From Harriotta raleighana (Eukaryota), in the NCBI GenBank assembly GCA_050575255.1, contig JBNZDD010013718.1:7432579-7496578 (forward strand): 64,000 nucleotides of DNA. Reading direction: 5' to 3'. Each line of letters opens with the position of its first letter. Within the stretch, counting starts at the first letter, position 1. Shown here piece after piece: positions 1 through 11,500 of this stretch. Below the pieces are notes generated by a model. The model was given only the letters and a program-made list of their open reading frames with translations. It was not told the origin of the DNA and did no database searches. A program made the position numbers and the translations under genes.

Positions 1-2089
1 AAGTGGGGTGTATGAAACGTCATGGGGTTGCTTTCAACTAGTCCGTCATTGCAGTGTTAAAATTAACCTTAACACTGCTCACGGCTTCATCCCATCACAA
101 CCTGTCCAACCTGCTCCTTCTCTCCAGCCCAACCTGCCCTAAAATTGGCCGCCAAGCTTTCGGCTTCTCTGCAACACCCTTTTGGAACTCCATCCCGCAA
201 TCCCTTTGCTTTGCTCACTCCCTTGCCTTCTTCAAGGCTTCAGACTGCCCTCTTACCTCTGCCCTCCCTCAGCTGCCTATTGGTTGGCGATACATAAAGC
301 GCTTCATAGAAATGTCAATAGGTAGGAAAACGTAGGTGCAACACTCAGCAGCTGTTACACTTTTCGCTGCGAGGGACTTCCCCAACAAGTTGGACTAGGT
401 CGCTTTAGTTTAGAAGTACATTTTCTTTCAATAAAAAAAAATCTCTCTTTAGTTAGAAGCAGAAGGAAGTCTGGTTGGATTTTCTTCTCTCCTCTTTGGA
501 AACGTCCTTGAAACTGTCGGCTAAAGTTTAAGAGACAAATCCTCCACTGTCTCTATCGGGAATGAGAAGCGTTACAGAGGCAAGTCTCTAACTTCAGCTC
601 CTGCAGTATTTTGAAGTTGTTTGTTGCTGGCGCTTCGGAAGATCACGGCGTGAGTTTGTGGTTAGTTTCTCTTGTTTATCGACATTGTTATGAAAAGAAT
701 GCTCAGCCCTGAGGTTATGATTATAAATATGATTATATATATATTTAAAAAAGTACTTGCGGTGGATCGGATACAATGAATATGCAATACAGAGGATTAA
801 ATCCATGTGTCAGCGAGTTAAGCAAACGTCGCGGGGTTTCTGACACTCCAGCATCCATGGCTGTGAGAAAATCAGGGAAAAAAAGATGAATCCAGAGTAG
901 AAATACTCCGAACTCGGAATACAGTTCCAGACACTCTCCCTCGCCCAAACAGTATTCGACTGGGGATTATTATTTTTAGATGTGTAATGTTGACCTCTCC
1001 CTTCCCTCTCCCCCCGTTCTTTGGTGATTTTAAATAAAAGCTGCTGAACACATAAACGGCAATGCACTTCCGGGTTGGACACAGCTGAATATAGTCCATT
1101 TCTGATTTTTTTTTAAAAAACTTAAAGACGATTTCATTATTGTTTTTTCGGAAAACAAATGACTAAGCTCGCCCTTTCGTGCTACAGTTAAGAAAGAAAA
1201 ATGTGCTTTTGTTCAGAAAGATAATTGTTAGAAGCATCTGGAAGTGACTTGCCAAACAATCCAATGAGCAGTCGGTGTCTGGGCATATTCTCAGCTGTCC
1301 TCCAGCGTGAAATTTGTGAACTATTTCGGGATTTTTAGTCTTAATCTCTATACCGTGTTTATTTAAAGTTGTAAAAAGTTGCCTTGAGTGAATGGGAAGA
1401 GCCGCATAACTTGTCTTGCTTCACGTTTTACATTGCAACCTGTCGCATTTCAATGGATGGGGGTTAAAATGTGATGGAGGGAGTCGATTTCACAGATTTC
1501 AAAACTCAACCTGGCTCCCGATTTACTCGGAATTTCGTAGCATTTCAGAGTCTGCAGAAATCAGCAAAGTGTTGAATTCTGTCTGAACTTTGAAGTCAGT
1601 TTTCACTAGTTCTTAAAATACAGGTAATCTAAAGGAAAACAAGTTCAAAATTAGTACTTTTGAAATTAGCTACCCAAATTCTGCAGACTCTCTTAACACT
1701 ATAACTAAATAAAGACTTCACAGCTATTTCAAATCTCATGTCTAACAACTTGCATATACATGGGATGATGTCTTGACTTGGAATGTACAGTGTATGTTTG
1801 ATACAGTACAAGCACACTCAGTTAGTCTTTTTTTAAAAAAAACTGGTGGTTTGTAAGGCATTGTAAACTTTTTTTAGACGCTATAATGTCTGAACTTTCA
1901 TCAAAAACAGTGGTTTGACAGCGATTCTGCTGATGGCTATGTGGAGAAATACAATACCAAATTACATCACTAAATTACGTTTGTATAGCGCCTTTCACGT
2001 CGAAAGAATGTCCTAATGAGGAGCAAAATCTTTTAAATCATTATTATTGGAAAAAAAACATAACGCACCGTTGAAAGCATTTGGAAATA

Positions 2090-2215
2090 ATAATAATAAT
2101 CCATGCATTTGATATAGCGCTTTTCACATCAAAAAGCGCTTCACATAACACACTGTAAAGTGAATTGACCGCACACTTGTGGGCGAAACGCAGCAGCCAA
2201 TCGCGCACAGCAAAA
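2090..2215 (-). mobile_element. SINE 3' fragment; similar fragments at about 14570-14690, 15440-15570, 32620-32720, 46920-47030, 48535-48700, 53060-53200 and 56725-56790
   Basis: Shares the tail gcatttgatatagcgcttttcac and the ctgtaaagtgaattgac motif with the full-length copies. Confidence 0.7.
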
Positions 2216-3439
2216 TCTAATTCATTTAAGAATTCCATGCTGGCTAACAGACATAATGTATCTGCACTTCTGACTAGTATGATTTAGGAATAGGAAACAC
2301 ATTTTGTTGTCCTCCAACAGTCTCTTGAACATAAATGAGACATTTCAAAGTCTAGGCCGGCGTCGGGATGTTTTCAACAAAGACTCCAGCGAACATTTGA
2401 AGAGTTAAGTATTTCTACAGCAAAGTACATAAAATCGTCGTAAACTGGCTTTCATAAATAGTTTGGGCACATTGGCAAATAAGCAATAAACTGAATTCAA
2501 GGTCTATCTTGCTTCATAGTCACACAATGTTCAAACACTCTCAACATGTTTTAGTCCTTATCAGTAACTGGCAGTAACTCTTCGTGCGTCTTTAGTTGCT
2601 GAAGTCTGCATTAAGTGTCTGGAAAAACCTCCAAGGAAAACACCCAAACGATTAATCCAAACCTTAAACTAAAAACTTCAGCAATGCACCATATTATAAA
2701 AGTAAATTGGGGAGCAAAACATTATCATAAAGCTTGGCCCAGTTTTCATCTTGCATTAGACTCTGCAATATAACTGCGGTTTAATTCAGAGATTTGTGGC
2801 GAGACAGTAACTTTGTTTTACTTTGTGCAACCTGTTTCTCTTTCTTCCCCCAATCCCTGCCTGGCTGTCCTATTGTACAAGGACAGTAAGCACAAGGGAT
2901 GGTTGGTCTGCATTGAATGTATAGTTATGAGTGTTTTGAAAGTGAGTTTAAAAGGAAGACGGTATTGTTATGGCGAAAATGATCATTTAAGCCACATCTA
3001 ACTCTTACTGTACATAAGGTTTATTTTGCATTTGGTAAAGCACCCAGAATGCCAAACATTTGTGCTGAACGTGTAGTTTCTGTGATCAAGTTCAGTGACT
3101 TCATTTTTAGACAAATATGAACAACAACATTTCCAGGAAATGAGGAGCCAGTTTTTATGCGGATAATCGTTGCCAAGGGAGATAAATTCCCCTTTCGGCT
3201 AATGTCATTGGATCTTTATTACCCACTTGAACAGACAGATCAAACTTAGGTTTAATATTTCATCCAAATAGTGGAACCTCCCACCTTCCCCATTACACCG
3301 ACTTCCATTTATTTCGCTTAGTGTGTATATAAGAGAATATTAATCCTGACTGTGAATCCCAAAGTGCCAACGTGGATCTTTAACCCACAGCCTTCCAATC
3401 CAGAAGTGAGAATGTTAATACTGAGACCTGGTTTTCCTG

Positions 3440-3690
3440 CTCTCTTCCCCCTACCCCGACCCCTCCCCTTGCCCTCTTTCCCCCTTTCATCCCTGGCCCC
3501 CTCACTTCCATGACTGTTTGTGGGACACTGCTATGCGCAATTTAGCTGCCGCGTTTCGCCCACAAATATATAGTCAATTTTTCCGACTTTCCTTGCGCCG
3601 AGCCCTCCCCCCCACTTGACTGTACAGCGCCTTGGGACGTCCTCCCGACGTGAAAGGCGCTATATAAATAAAAATTTTGATTGATTGATT
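3440..3690 (+). mobile_element. LINE-like 3' end carrying a SINE-shared internal block; related copies at 47810-47932 (-) and 56880-57060 (-)
   Basis: Pyrimidine tract, SINE-like block, spacer, then cagcgccttgggacgtcctcccgacgtgaaaggcgctatata and a (GATT)n tail; nearly the reverse complement of 47820-47930. Confidence 0.7.
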
Positions 3691-4052
3691 GAAGATGACA
3701 AACATTTTTTCCCCAAAAAGGCTTTCGGTAGAAACTAGAAGTGTAAATTCCATGTGTTCAGCTCATCGGAACAGCATTGATTTCAGCAAAGCTGCCAATT
3801 ATATATTTTTTTCCCCCACCCTGGCGATTCACTGAACTGGGACTACCTGGGAAGGAATGAAGGAGAAAAGGGATAGAAACTACAATATGTCTTGAATGTG
3901 GGAATCACACGCTGATACTTACAGCCACAACAACGACAACAAAATTACAGCTGTTCAATTACCCGCTGATGTAACCGAACGCATTTATTTCAATAAATCA
4001 AAGGAAAATAGGATAATAAGAAAGGTGGTCACTAAATATTTCAAAGGCATGG

Positions 4053-4206
4053 NNNNNNNNNNNNNNNNNNNNNNNNNNNNNNNNNNNNNNNNNNNNNNNN
4101 NNNNNNNNNNNNNNNNNNNNNNNNNNNNNNNNNNNNNNNNNNNNNNNNNNNNNNNNNNNNNNNNNNNNNNNNNNNNNNNNNNNNNNNNNNNNNNNNNNNN
4201 NNNNNN
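4053..4206. other. Assembly gap (N run); further Ns at 8787-8814, 9857 and 63920
   Basis: N characters in the sequence. Confidence 1.
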
Positions 4207-7200
4207 TTCCTCGCAAGATATTGAACTGTTAGCATCAATCTGCCTTCATCTCAGCTGGTAATTTGAACCTCATCCAAATATTTACACAAGAATCAGTTAA
4301 AAGAGCCCCCCTAGATCCTGAAGATTACACATTTATCATGTCTTCTAAGTGATTGATATTTATTATTTCAGCTGATCACTATCAGGCTAAAGGATCTCCC
4401 ATCTCCCTTCCTAAAGCAGATTAATCCCAAACTTTGAAGCTCATTGCATCACGCTGCGCATCTTCAATCACAGACAGCAGCCAATGTGGTAACTGTTATT
4501 CTCGACCATTTGATTGTTTTCCAACTTGTTTTCCCTTTCCACATCTGCAAGGCTGTGTGTTTTCTGGTGTTTTTTCAGCTTCACAACAATGGCGTAATCT
4601 CGACAAACTGGAAACCGAAAACCTGGTGATTTTGTGGAAAGGTCACGACTGAAAGGTTAACCAATCTTTCACTGTCACACTCAAATGACCTGCTGTGGAT
4701 TCCCAGCACTTCTGTTCCTCTCGTAAATACGGGAGAACCCAGGATTTCCTCCGAGATTCAGGCTGATATGATTTGGAGGGTGTGTGGGTTCACTTACCGT
4801 TGCTTCTTTTCATCAAGAACTTTTCATCAAGAATATTTTCTAAAAGCTTCTACTCTCTGAGCAGAGCAGTGTGGGTTTGCATGTACGTGTGAATATGCCT
4901 ACATAAACTTCCTGTGGTCTTGTAACTGCAGGATCCTGAGCGAAGCAATGAGTGTAACTTGTGCTGTTGTTGTGTTGCCTATTCTTGTGTAATAACACAG
5001 CTGTTTATCCACAATGGGTCCTTCATAACATGTTAGTATTGGCAACGTGCCTCCAGCACTAGTGAATATATTCCTCTGAAAGAAACACTTTGTTTTCTGA
5101 TTTCGGTTGTAACAATATATTTTTGCATCGCACCTCTCAACTACAAACTAGATTTTCAATTCCAGCATCTTTCCTCGACATTTGCGCATTAATTCAGACC
5201 CGACTGCTCCTGGCGATAGGTAGAGGGAGAGAAACGAATCAATTTTCCCTCAGATGAGTGCTATTGAACTGGTTCAGAACTAGATATTGTAATGGAAGGA
5301 CAGTGGGGTTGGTACACTGGAAGCGTGAGATTGTATGAGCTGAAGAGAAATGATGCTTTCATCTGAATTGCTTTGGTGAAACCACATCGACAGTATCTAG
5401 TACTTGTATCTAGTATCCAGTGTCATTGTACACAGTCAAAGGATCAACCGCGTTCTCAGTCTTATCTGTCTTTAAGCATCCGATTTCTTTGAAGAAGAGG
5501 GAAGGGAAGAAAAATCATGTTCCTTTTGCAGATCAGTGAGCACGATTGTATTTTCTTCCGCTGGACACTTTTGGCAATCTGCCATTATTTTCTTGTATTC
5601 AAAATAAATACATTGTAAATTGCTTTTGAAGAGTACATATATATATATAGTATATACACTCAATACAACACGTCAATGTGAAGTTTTGTGAAGCTAACCT
5701 GGAACAGCAGCCTCACACGTAAAGCAATGCTATAAATAGTCAATATATTTGGGGGAAGTTTGGATGAAGGATGATTGCTGGCCAAGACGCGAGCTGAACT
5801 TCCCTATTCTTTTGCAAACTAAAATTGTGCTGTAGGATTACCGGAACAAGTGAAAGAAACCTGGGTAAGAGCGGTACCGCCAACCAAACTGCACCCCCCC
5901 CCCCCCCAGCCACACACCCCTCAGTTGTGCGTTGGGAGTGTCAACCTGAAGACTTGCTATCTTGTCTAAATTCTGAAATCCAAACTACAAAGAGCGATTC
6001 AACACTGGGTTTGAAAGGTCTTTGCTTGTCCAAAGGTGTATAAATAATATCCATAAGTGAACCGGTAAGCAGCAAATGACATGCGTGTAATTAAATGGTG
6101 AGATCTCGCTGATTAAGGCGACTGACTGATGGAGTGACCGGTTTATTGAGCTATCTGTCTCCCTCTCTCTGCATTCAGTGCAGAGAAGCCAGTTGTGATC
6201 AAAGGCCGTTTCCCCTCTGGAAAAAAAGGTTGAATACCGAAAGCCGATCGAATTTCCTAGAATTGTACAGAGACTTGTACCACTAGGGTATTCAAAGCAT
6301 CCAGCGGGTGGGTCTCTACCCGATTGGTAGTCTCTTTGGTAATCCAAGTTAATTATTGTACTGTGAACCAAACTCTTATTTCACTCTGCAGTTGGAGATT
6401 GTCATACATCTGTCTGTGTGTCTAAGGAAACCATGTGAAATCCCATCACTGTATTTCTATTTTAAGTATATTTCAAATAGTGTCCCCCCCCCCCCGCCCC
6501 ATATCCCGTCTTCAATTGCAAAGTATGTGTTCAGTTGAAGAGAGTATTACTCTACGGATGTAGTAAAGTGTCACTGTAGTCCATGCTCTGCCCCTCCCGG
6601 CATTCCAGAGACTTTTTTAAAAAAAAGAAATGATTCGAACAGTTGTTGTGAGAAGTTTTTTCTTGGAATCTGAGATAAAATGTCTGTGATAGAGAGAGAA
6701 ACTGCAAAGATGAATGACCTGTCGACAGACTGACATTCCTATGGGTATTAATGTCGATGGGGCCTCTTCGTTCCACTTAGTTGAGTTCAAGACGGGATCA
6801 AGAAGGGAGACAATTAAGACACCACATGGATGGAAGTGAAGGTTATACGTTTAATGCAGGAAACGTCTGTTACTTATTGAAACTGGGTAACGCCTAATGA
6901 CTTTTAAATATATATATTTATTCATTTTATTTATGTTATTCTCCTATTTTTGATAAATACAAAGAGCGCTTATTTTCAGCTCCCAATGTACTTCAAACCT
7001 GTTAACTTGCCTTGATGGATGACAGTAAAATCCTAGACTTTTCTCATCTGGGATTGTCCTCAGTCTTGTCTTGTCCATAACTTAAGTTAGTGTCTATAGG
7101 ATATAAATTGATGCTCTAAACCCACCGGATTTCTGCCTAAATTGATGATAATGTATTGATTGGATTCTCCAAACGTGAGACGTAGGAACTGGTGATATAT

Positions 7201-8573
7201 GACATCAATTATTCCCACCGATCTTAAGGACCTATTTTTTTCTCATACATGCAACAGCCTGTTATCAACTCTTCACACCATTTACCACGTGTGCAAATGT
7301 TGTTCATCAGCAAGAACTTTGCAGAGTTTACAATGCGTTTGCACATTCCCCAGCCATCGCCTGCTGAGGTTCCCAGCTGGCATTCCCTTTCTTCTTAATG
7401 TGTTTACTTCCATTTATCTATATCTTATGAACTGTCCAGCTTTCTTTCCCAATCATTTATCTTTTCCTGCCTTTCATTCCTTCCCATCTTCTCTCTGCAC
7501 TTTCCCTTTGACACAGGCGAGAACAAAAGCCCCCCCTAATCATGCACATTTTAGACTTCAGCAATAATTAGACCTACCCCACGTCCAATAAATTTTGTTG
7601 GAAGACCACCAGAGAAATAAAATGTCAGGGAGTGGTAGCTTTATGGGGAAATTAACCACTTGAGATGGAATCAATTCCAACAGTGAGATACTTTACCAAG
7701 CTGCCCAAGACTGTTCTACAATCATCAATACGCCGGGGGCATCATCATGTTGTATTTACCGAATTAAATACAGGATTTTTTGGGGGGTTGAGAGGGATAT
7801 TTAAGAAATCCAATTAGTTTATCCCATGAAACGTGACTCGGTTTCAACAACTATGAAGCAAAGTACAAGATCAGGTGCTATAGAAAGCTGTTTGGTTTCA
7901 ATCTCAATACTAATGTATCTTGTCAGATTTGAGTTACGGGACAAAATTAATTTCACTGTGATTGTGGAAATTACAGCATGGAAGAAACCATTTGGACTAC
8001 AGTTCCTGTAAATTTAATTTTAAATGCTACTTTGATCTTGACCCATTTAATGTGTACGTTCTTGCAAAGCATCGCATTGTAACGGGAGCTGCCAAGCATC
8101 ATAACAATTAGTATGCTGACAATTTGCTTAATTGTTCCACTTACTAAATAACGGATAACGCATTTTAAGTCGGAAGTAAGACCTCATTAATTCGGTGTTG
8201 GTTAAGAAATGCACGTAAACTCTCTAGAGGCGGCTGGAATTCGGGACTAAACTTTTAATGCAACTCTTAATCTCTTGAAGTGGGCTGGTGACTAAGCCCA
8301 CTGTTTTTCCCAGTGTACTTACATTTCGCGTTGATCGCACTTCAAGTTTCACAAGGAAGGGTTGGCTGGGTGGGGAGGGGGGTGTGGGGGGGAAGAGGGG
8401 AGAGCATGCTATTGGCCAGGCTGAGTGTGTGTGTGAGGAGTTTTGAGGTTGTGTTCTGTTTGATTAACCCAGACCAGCAGCAGTGCAAAGCATTGAGGCA
8501 CCGACTCACCGGCGCTGATAGCAATCCTCAGGAGGGCATAACGTTAAGTTGCTTTTTACGCGAGTGAAAGGAG

Positions 8574-11500
8574 ATGGCCTCAACAAATTATTCTTTCGAT
8601 TATGATATGGAGGACAATTCATATTGGAATATTGAATACTCTAACGAACAAGAAGAAACCCCGCAAGAGTACGTTTGTATTATTCCTTTCGGATCACTTT
8701 CTGTTAAACTTTTTTTTCTTAATGTGTTTTGCATCCATCCGGTAGCTGACTCAGTTTATTACTTTTTTTTCTCTCCCCCCCCCCACNNNNNNNNNNNNNN
8801 NNNNNNNNNNNNNNCCCCCCCCCCCCCCCCCCACCCCCCATAGAATTATTCCGCCTTGTGATCCCACACTACGAGTCGATTTGTATCACATCTGCATGTC
8901 AGGTATTTCAGTAAGTGTCTCTTTATTTATCCCCTGTTAAGTTTAAATGAATGTGTATTTACTTTTTTCCACCCAAGTTGACCATTTGGAAACTAATTTA
9001 ATGGGACTGCAGATCAATATGTTGTGACTCTGAAAGTGAAGTTCAAAATATATATATATATATATACACACATACATATAATCTACGGGATAAGTTTACT
9101 TAAATAAATTTCTGTACTAGATCAATCTGCACATTTCTATGTTTGGTAATTGTGGTGAGTGGGTCGATCATGAAAATATACAGTAAATAAAAAGTGTTCG
9201 CATTTTTCCTTTCAGCTCGCTGTGCTTCTAGCTCTGTCGTTCTTGGTCAAACGCAGGCGTCTGTGCAGGAATTCATGTGGTGGGGCTCCCGGCTTATTAC
9301 AGTTAAGTTCTCCACCGACAGTCTCAAGTTCAAGGCATGAACGCTGGGTGAACTCAAACGGAACCACTGAAAACACCATATAAGGCTCTCGACATCAAAC
9401 CAATGGGTCGCTACACAGGCAGCATTGCGTTACACTGAGCTGCAAATAAGTCTACGCGAGAATGTGTCAAGTTTTACAGAGATTCACTTCATAAATAAGT
9501 CATACCTGTCTGCTCAATCCCCTATCCACAGTCTGATCAAAACCGCTTGCTTTCGATCTGTTGCGCCTGAACTTCATTATCAGGACTGGGCTCTAAGGCT
9601 GTTTAGCACTCGAGTTCCCTGATCACTAATACTGGTCCAGGTGACTTGTTTGGTTGGTTTATCAATGGACAAAAGGGCTTCGTCGCTTGGTGTCTTTGCA
9701 GCCATTCGCCAATTGTTAAAGTCAATGCTAAACAGCCAAACATTCTAGGATTTTACAAAACTGCTGAATGTATTTTACACTTTCAGTCGTTTTATTCAAT
9801 TGCTACTTTTTTCAGGAATTCCTGTTATTGAGTTATGGGAGCTGTCAACGTCTGCNCCCCCCCCCCCCCCAACATGACGATGTCTATTGTCTGAATTAGG
9901 GGAAATAAAAATGTACAGAAGTATTTCCATGTTAACTGCAGCTTTATAAATCACCATTCTACTCAGCACATCTCATTAAAAGTCCCCCCAATTTCCCAAT
10001 ATGGTAGACTAAACAGTAAGTTCAATTGTCTGAGCTTGACTTCCTGAGTTCGTTTCTACTTTGAATATCTTGAACAGTTTAGTGGGTACATTTGCAAATA
10101 TGATTCCAAAATATACACTTACCCTTGGTGATTACTGTCCCTGGGGGATCTGGAGAACATCCTATTCAAACGAAATGTCTTGATCACCAACTTTGGGCTT
10201 GCAATAATGTATTCGGAATTTGTCACTGTAGATGCTGAGTTTAAAAAAGGCAAGCGACTTATTTTTTTTCGAATAGTTTCCGTGAGTGAGTGAGTAAAGG
10301 TTCTTTCTCTTGTTTGTGGAGTGTAACGCGTGCATTTTGTTCTGTTTCAGTCCCGTTGGCCTTTTGGAACATGGCTATCATAAAGGAATTCCTGCAGCTG
10401 TATTTGGACTTGTTTTCTGTTCCCTGTGTTTTGTGATTCTGGATAGCAAACCTTTTCCTTTCATCACTGAACCTTCTGAGAACACCAAAGGTAAACGGAC
10501 CCAACCCATTTTATTGTACTGTATGTCTCGAAATAGAGGTGGGGAACCTTAGATGAAATGAACAGAGGAGTACAATTAAAGGGAGGTAGCTTGGAAGATC
10601 TATTGAAATGATTTATTACAGAATCTCTTAAACCATGGTAGCCAGGTATTTTTAAAATGTCTGACATTTCTTTCAAAGGTGATACTGTTTTACATATGCA
10701 GAGTGTTTTATAAAGTGAAACCAGTTACTACAATTGACCAATTATGACTTTTAAAAAAGGAATTAGGTAAATGCTTGAATGATTACATAGGAATTCATAG
10801 AATAATTGGGTAAAGAAGATTAAATAAGGAATTTGGAGTTAATAAGGGAACTGGCCCAGGTCTGATGGGTCAAATAGGTTCTGGTTAAATTCCTATTGCA
10901 AATTTTGCACATATGACATTTTAGAAATTAAAAATGTTGTAAATACTTTGCAGACTGATCAGAATGTGAATGAGAAAAATGGATTAGATTTCCGTGAGAT
11001 CCTGATGTGGGGAGAATACTGAACTGATTATATTGTAGGATGAGGCATACAGATGGCAATGGAATTTCATTAAGTAGCTGATACCTTTACCAAATACTAA
11101 ATCAGCTTCTTGCTTTCAGAGTATTTGAAGATACTGGCCTTGCTGTATTACCCAGCCATGTACTATCCCCTCCTTGCATGTGCAGCTGTTAAGAGCAAAG
11201 CCGGTTACCTCCTTGGTAGCCTGCTCTCCTGGGTTCACTGCGGAATCCAGATTTGGCACAAGGCTGAATGCCCTTATTCACTGGAGGTAATTTGCTTATG
11301 CGACTTGCTTTTAAAGTTTTAATCTCTAGCTTTTGTTTGTAGCGCTAATTACTAAACAAACAATATTGCTCTTGTTGCAGTTTGATGCCTTTTTTAAAAA
11401 CCTTCTCAACACCCCCAAAGCAGCCTCTCTTTGCGTAACTCACCCCTTTCTCCATTCCCCCCAATTTGGAGTCAAGCTGTGACACTGTTAAATGTCTGAG

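Noticed and set aside
3896-4261. ORFs spanning the N gap
   Set aside because: Their length is an artefact of unknown bases.
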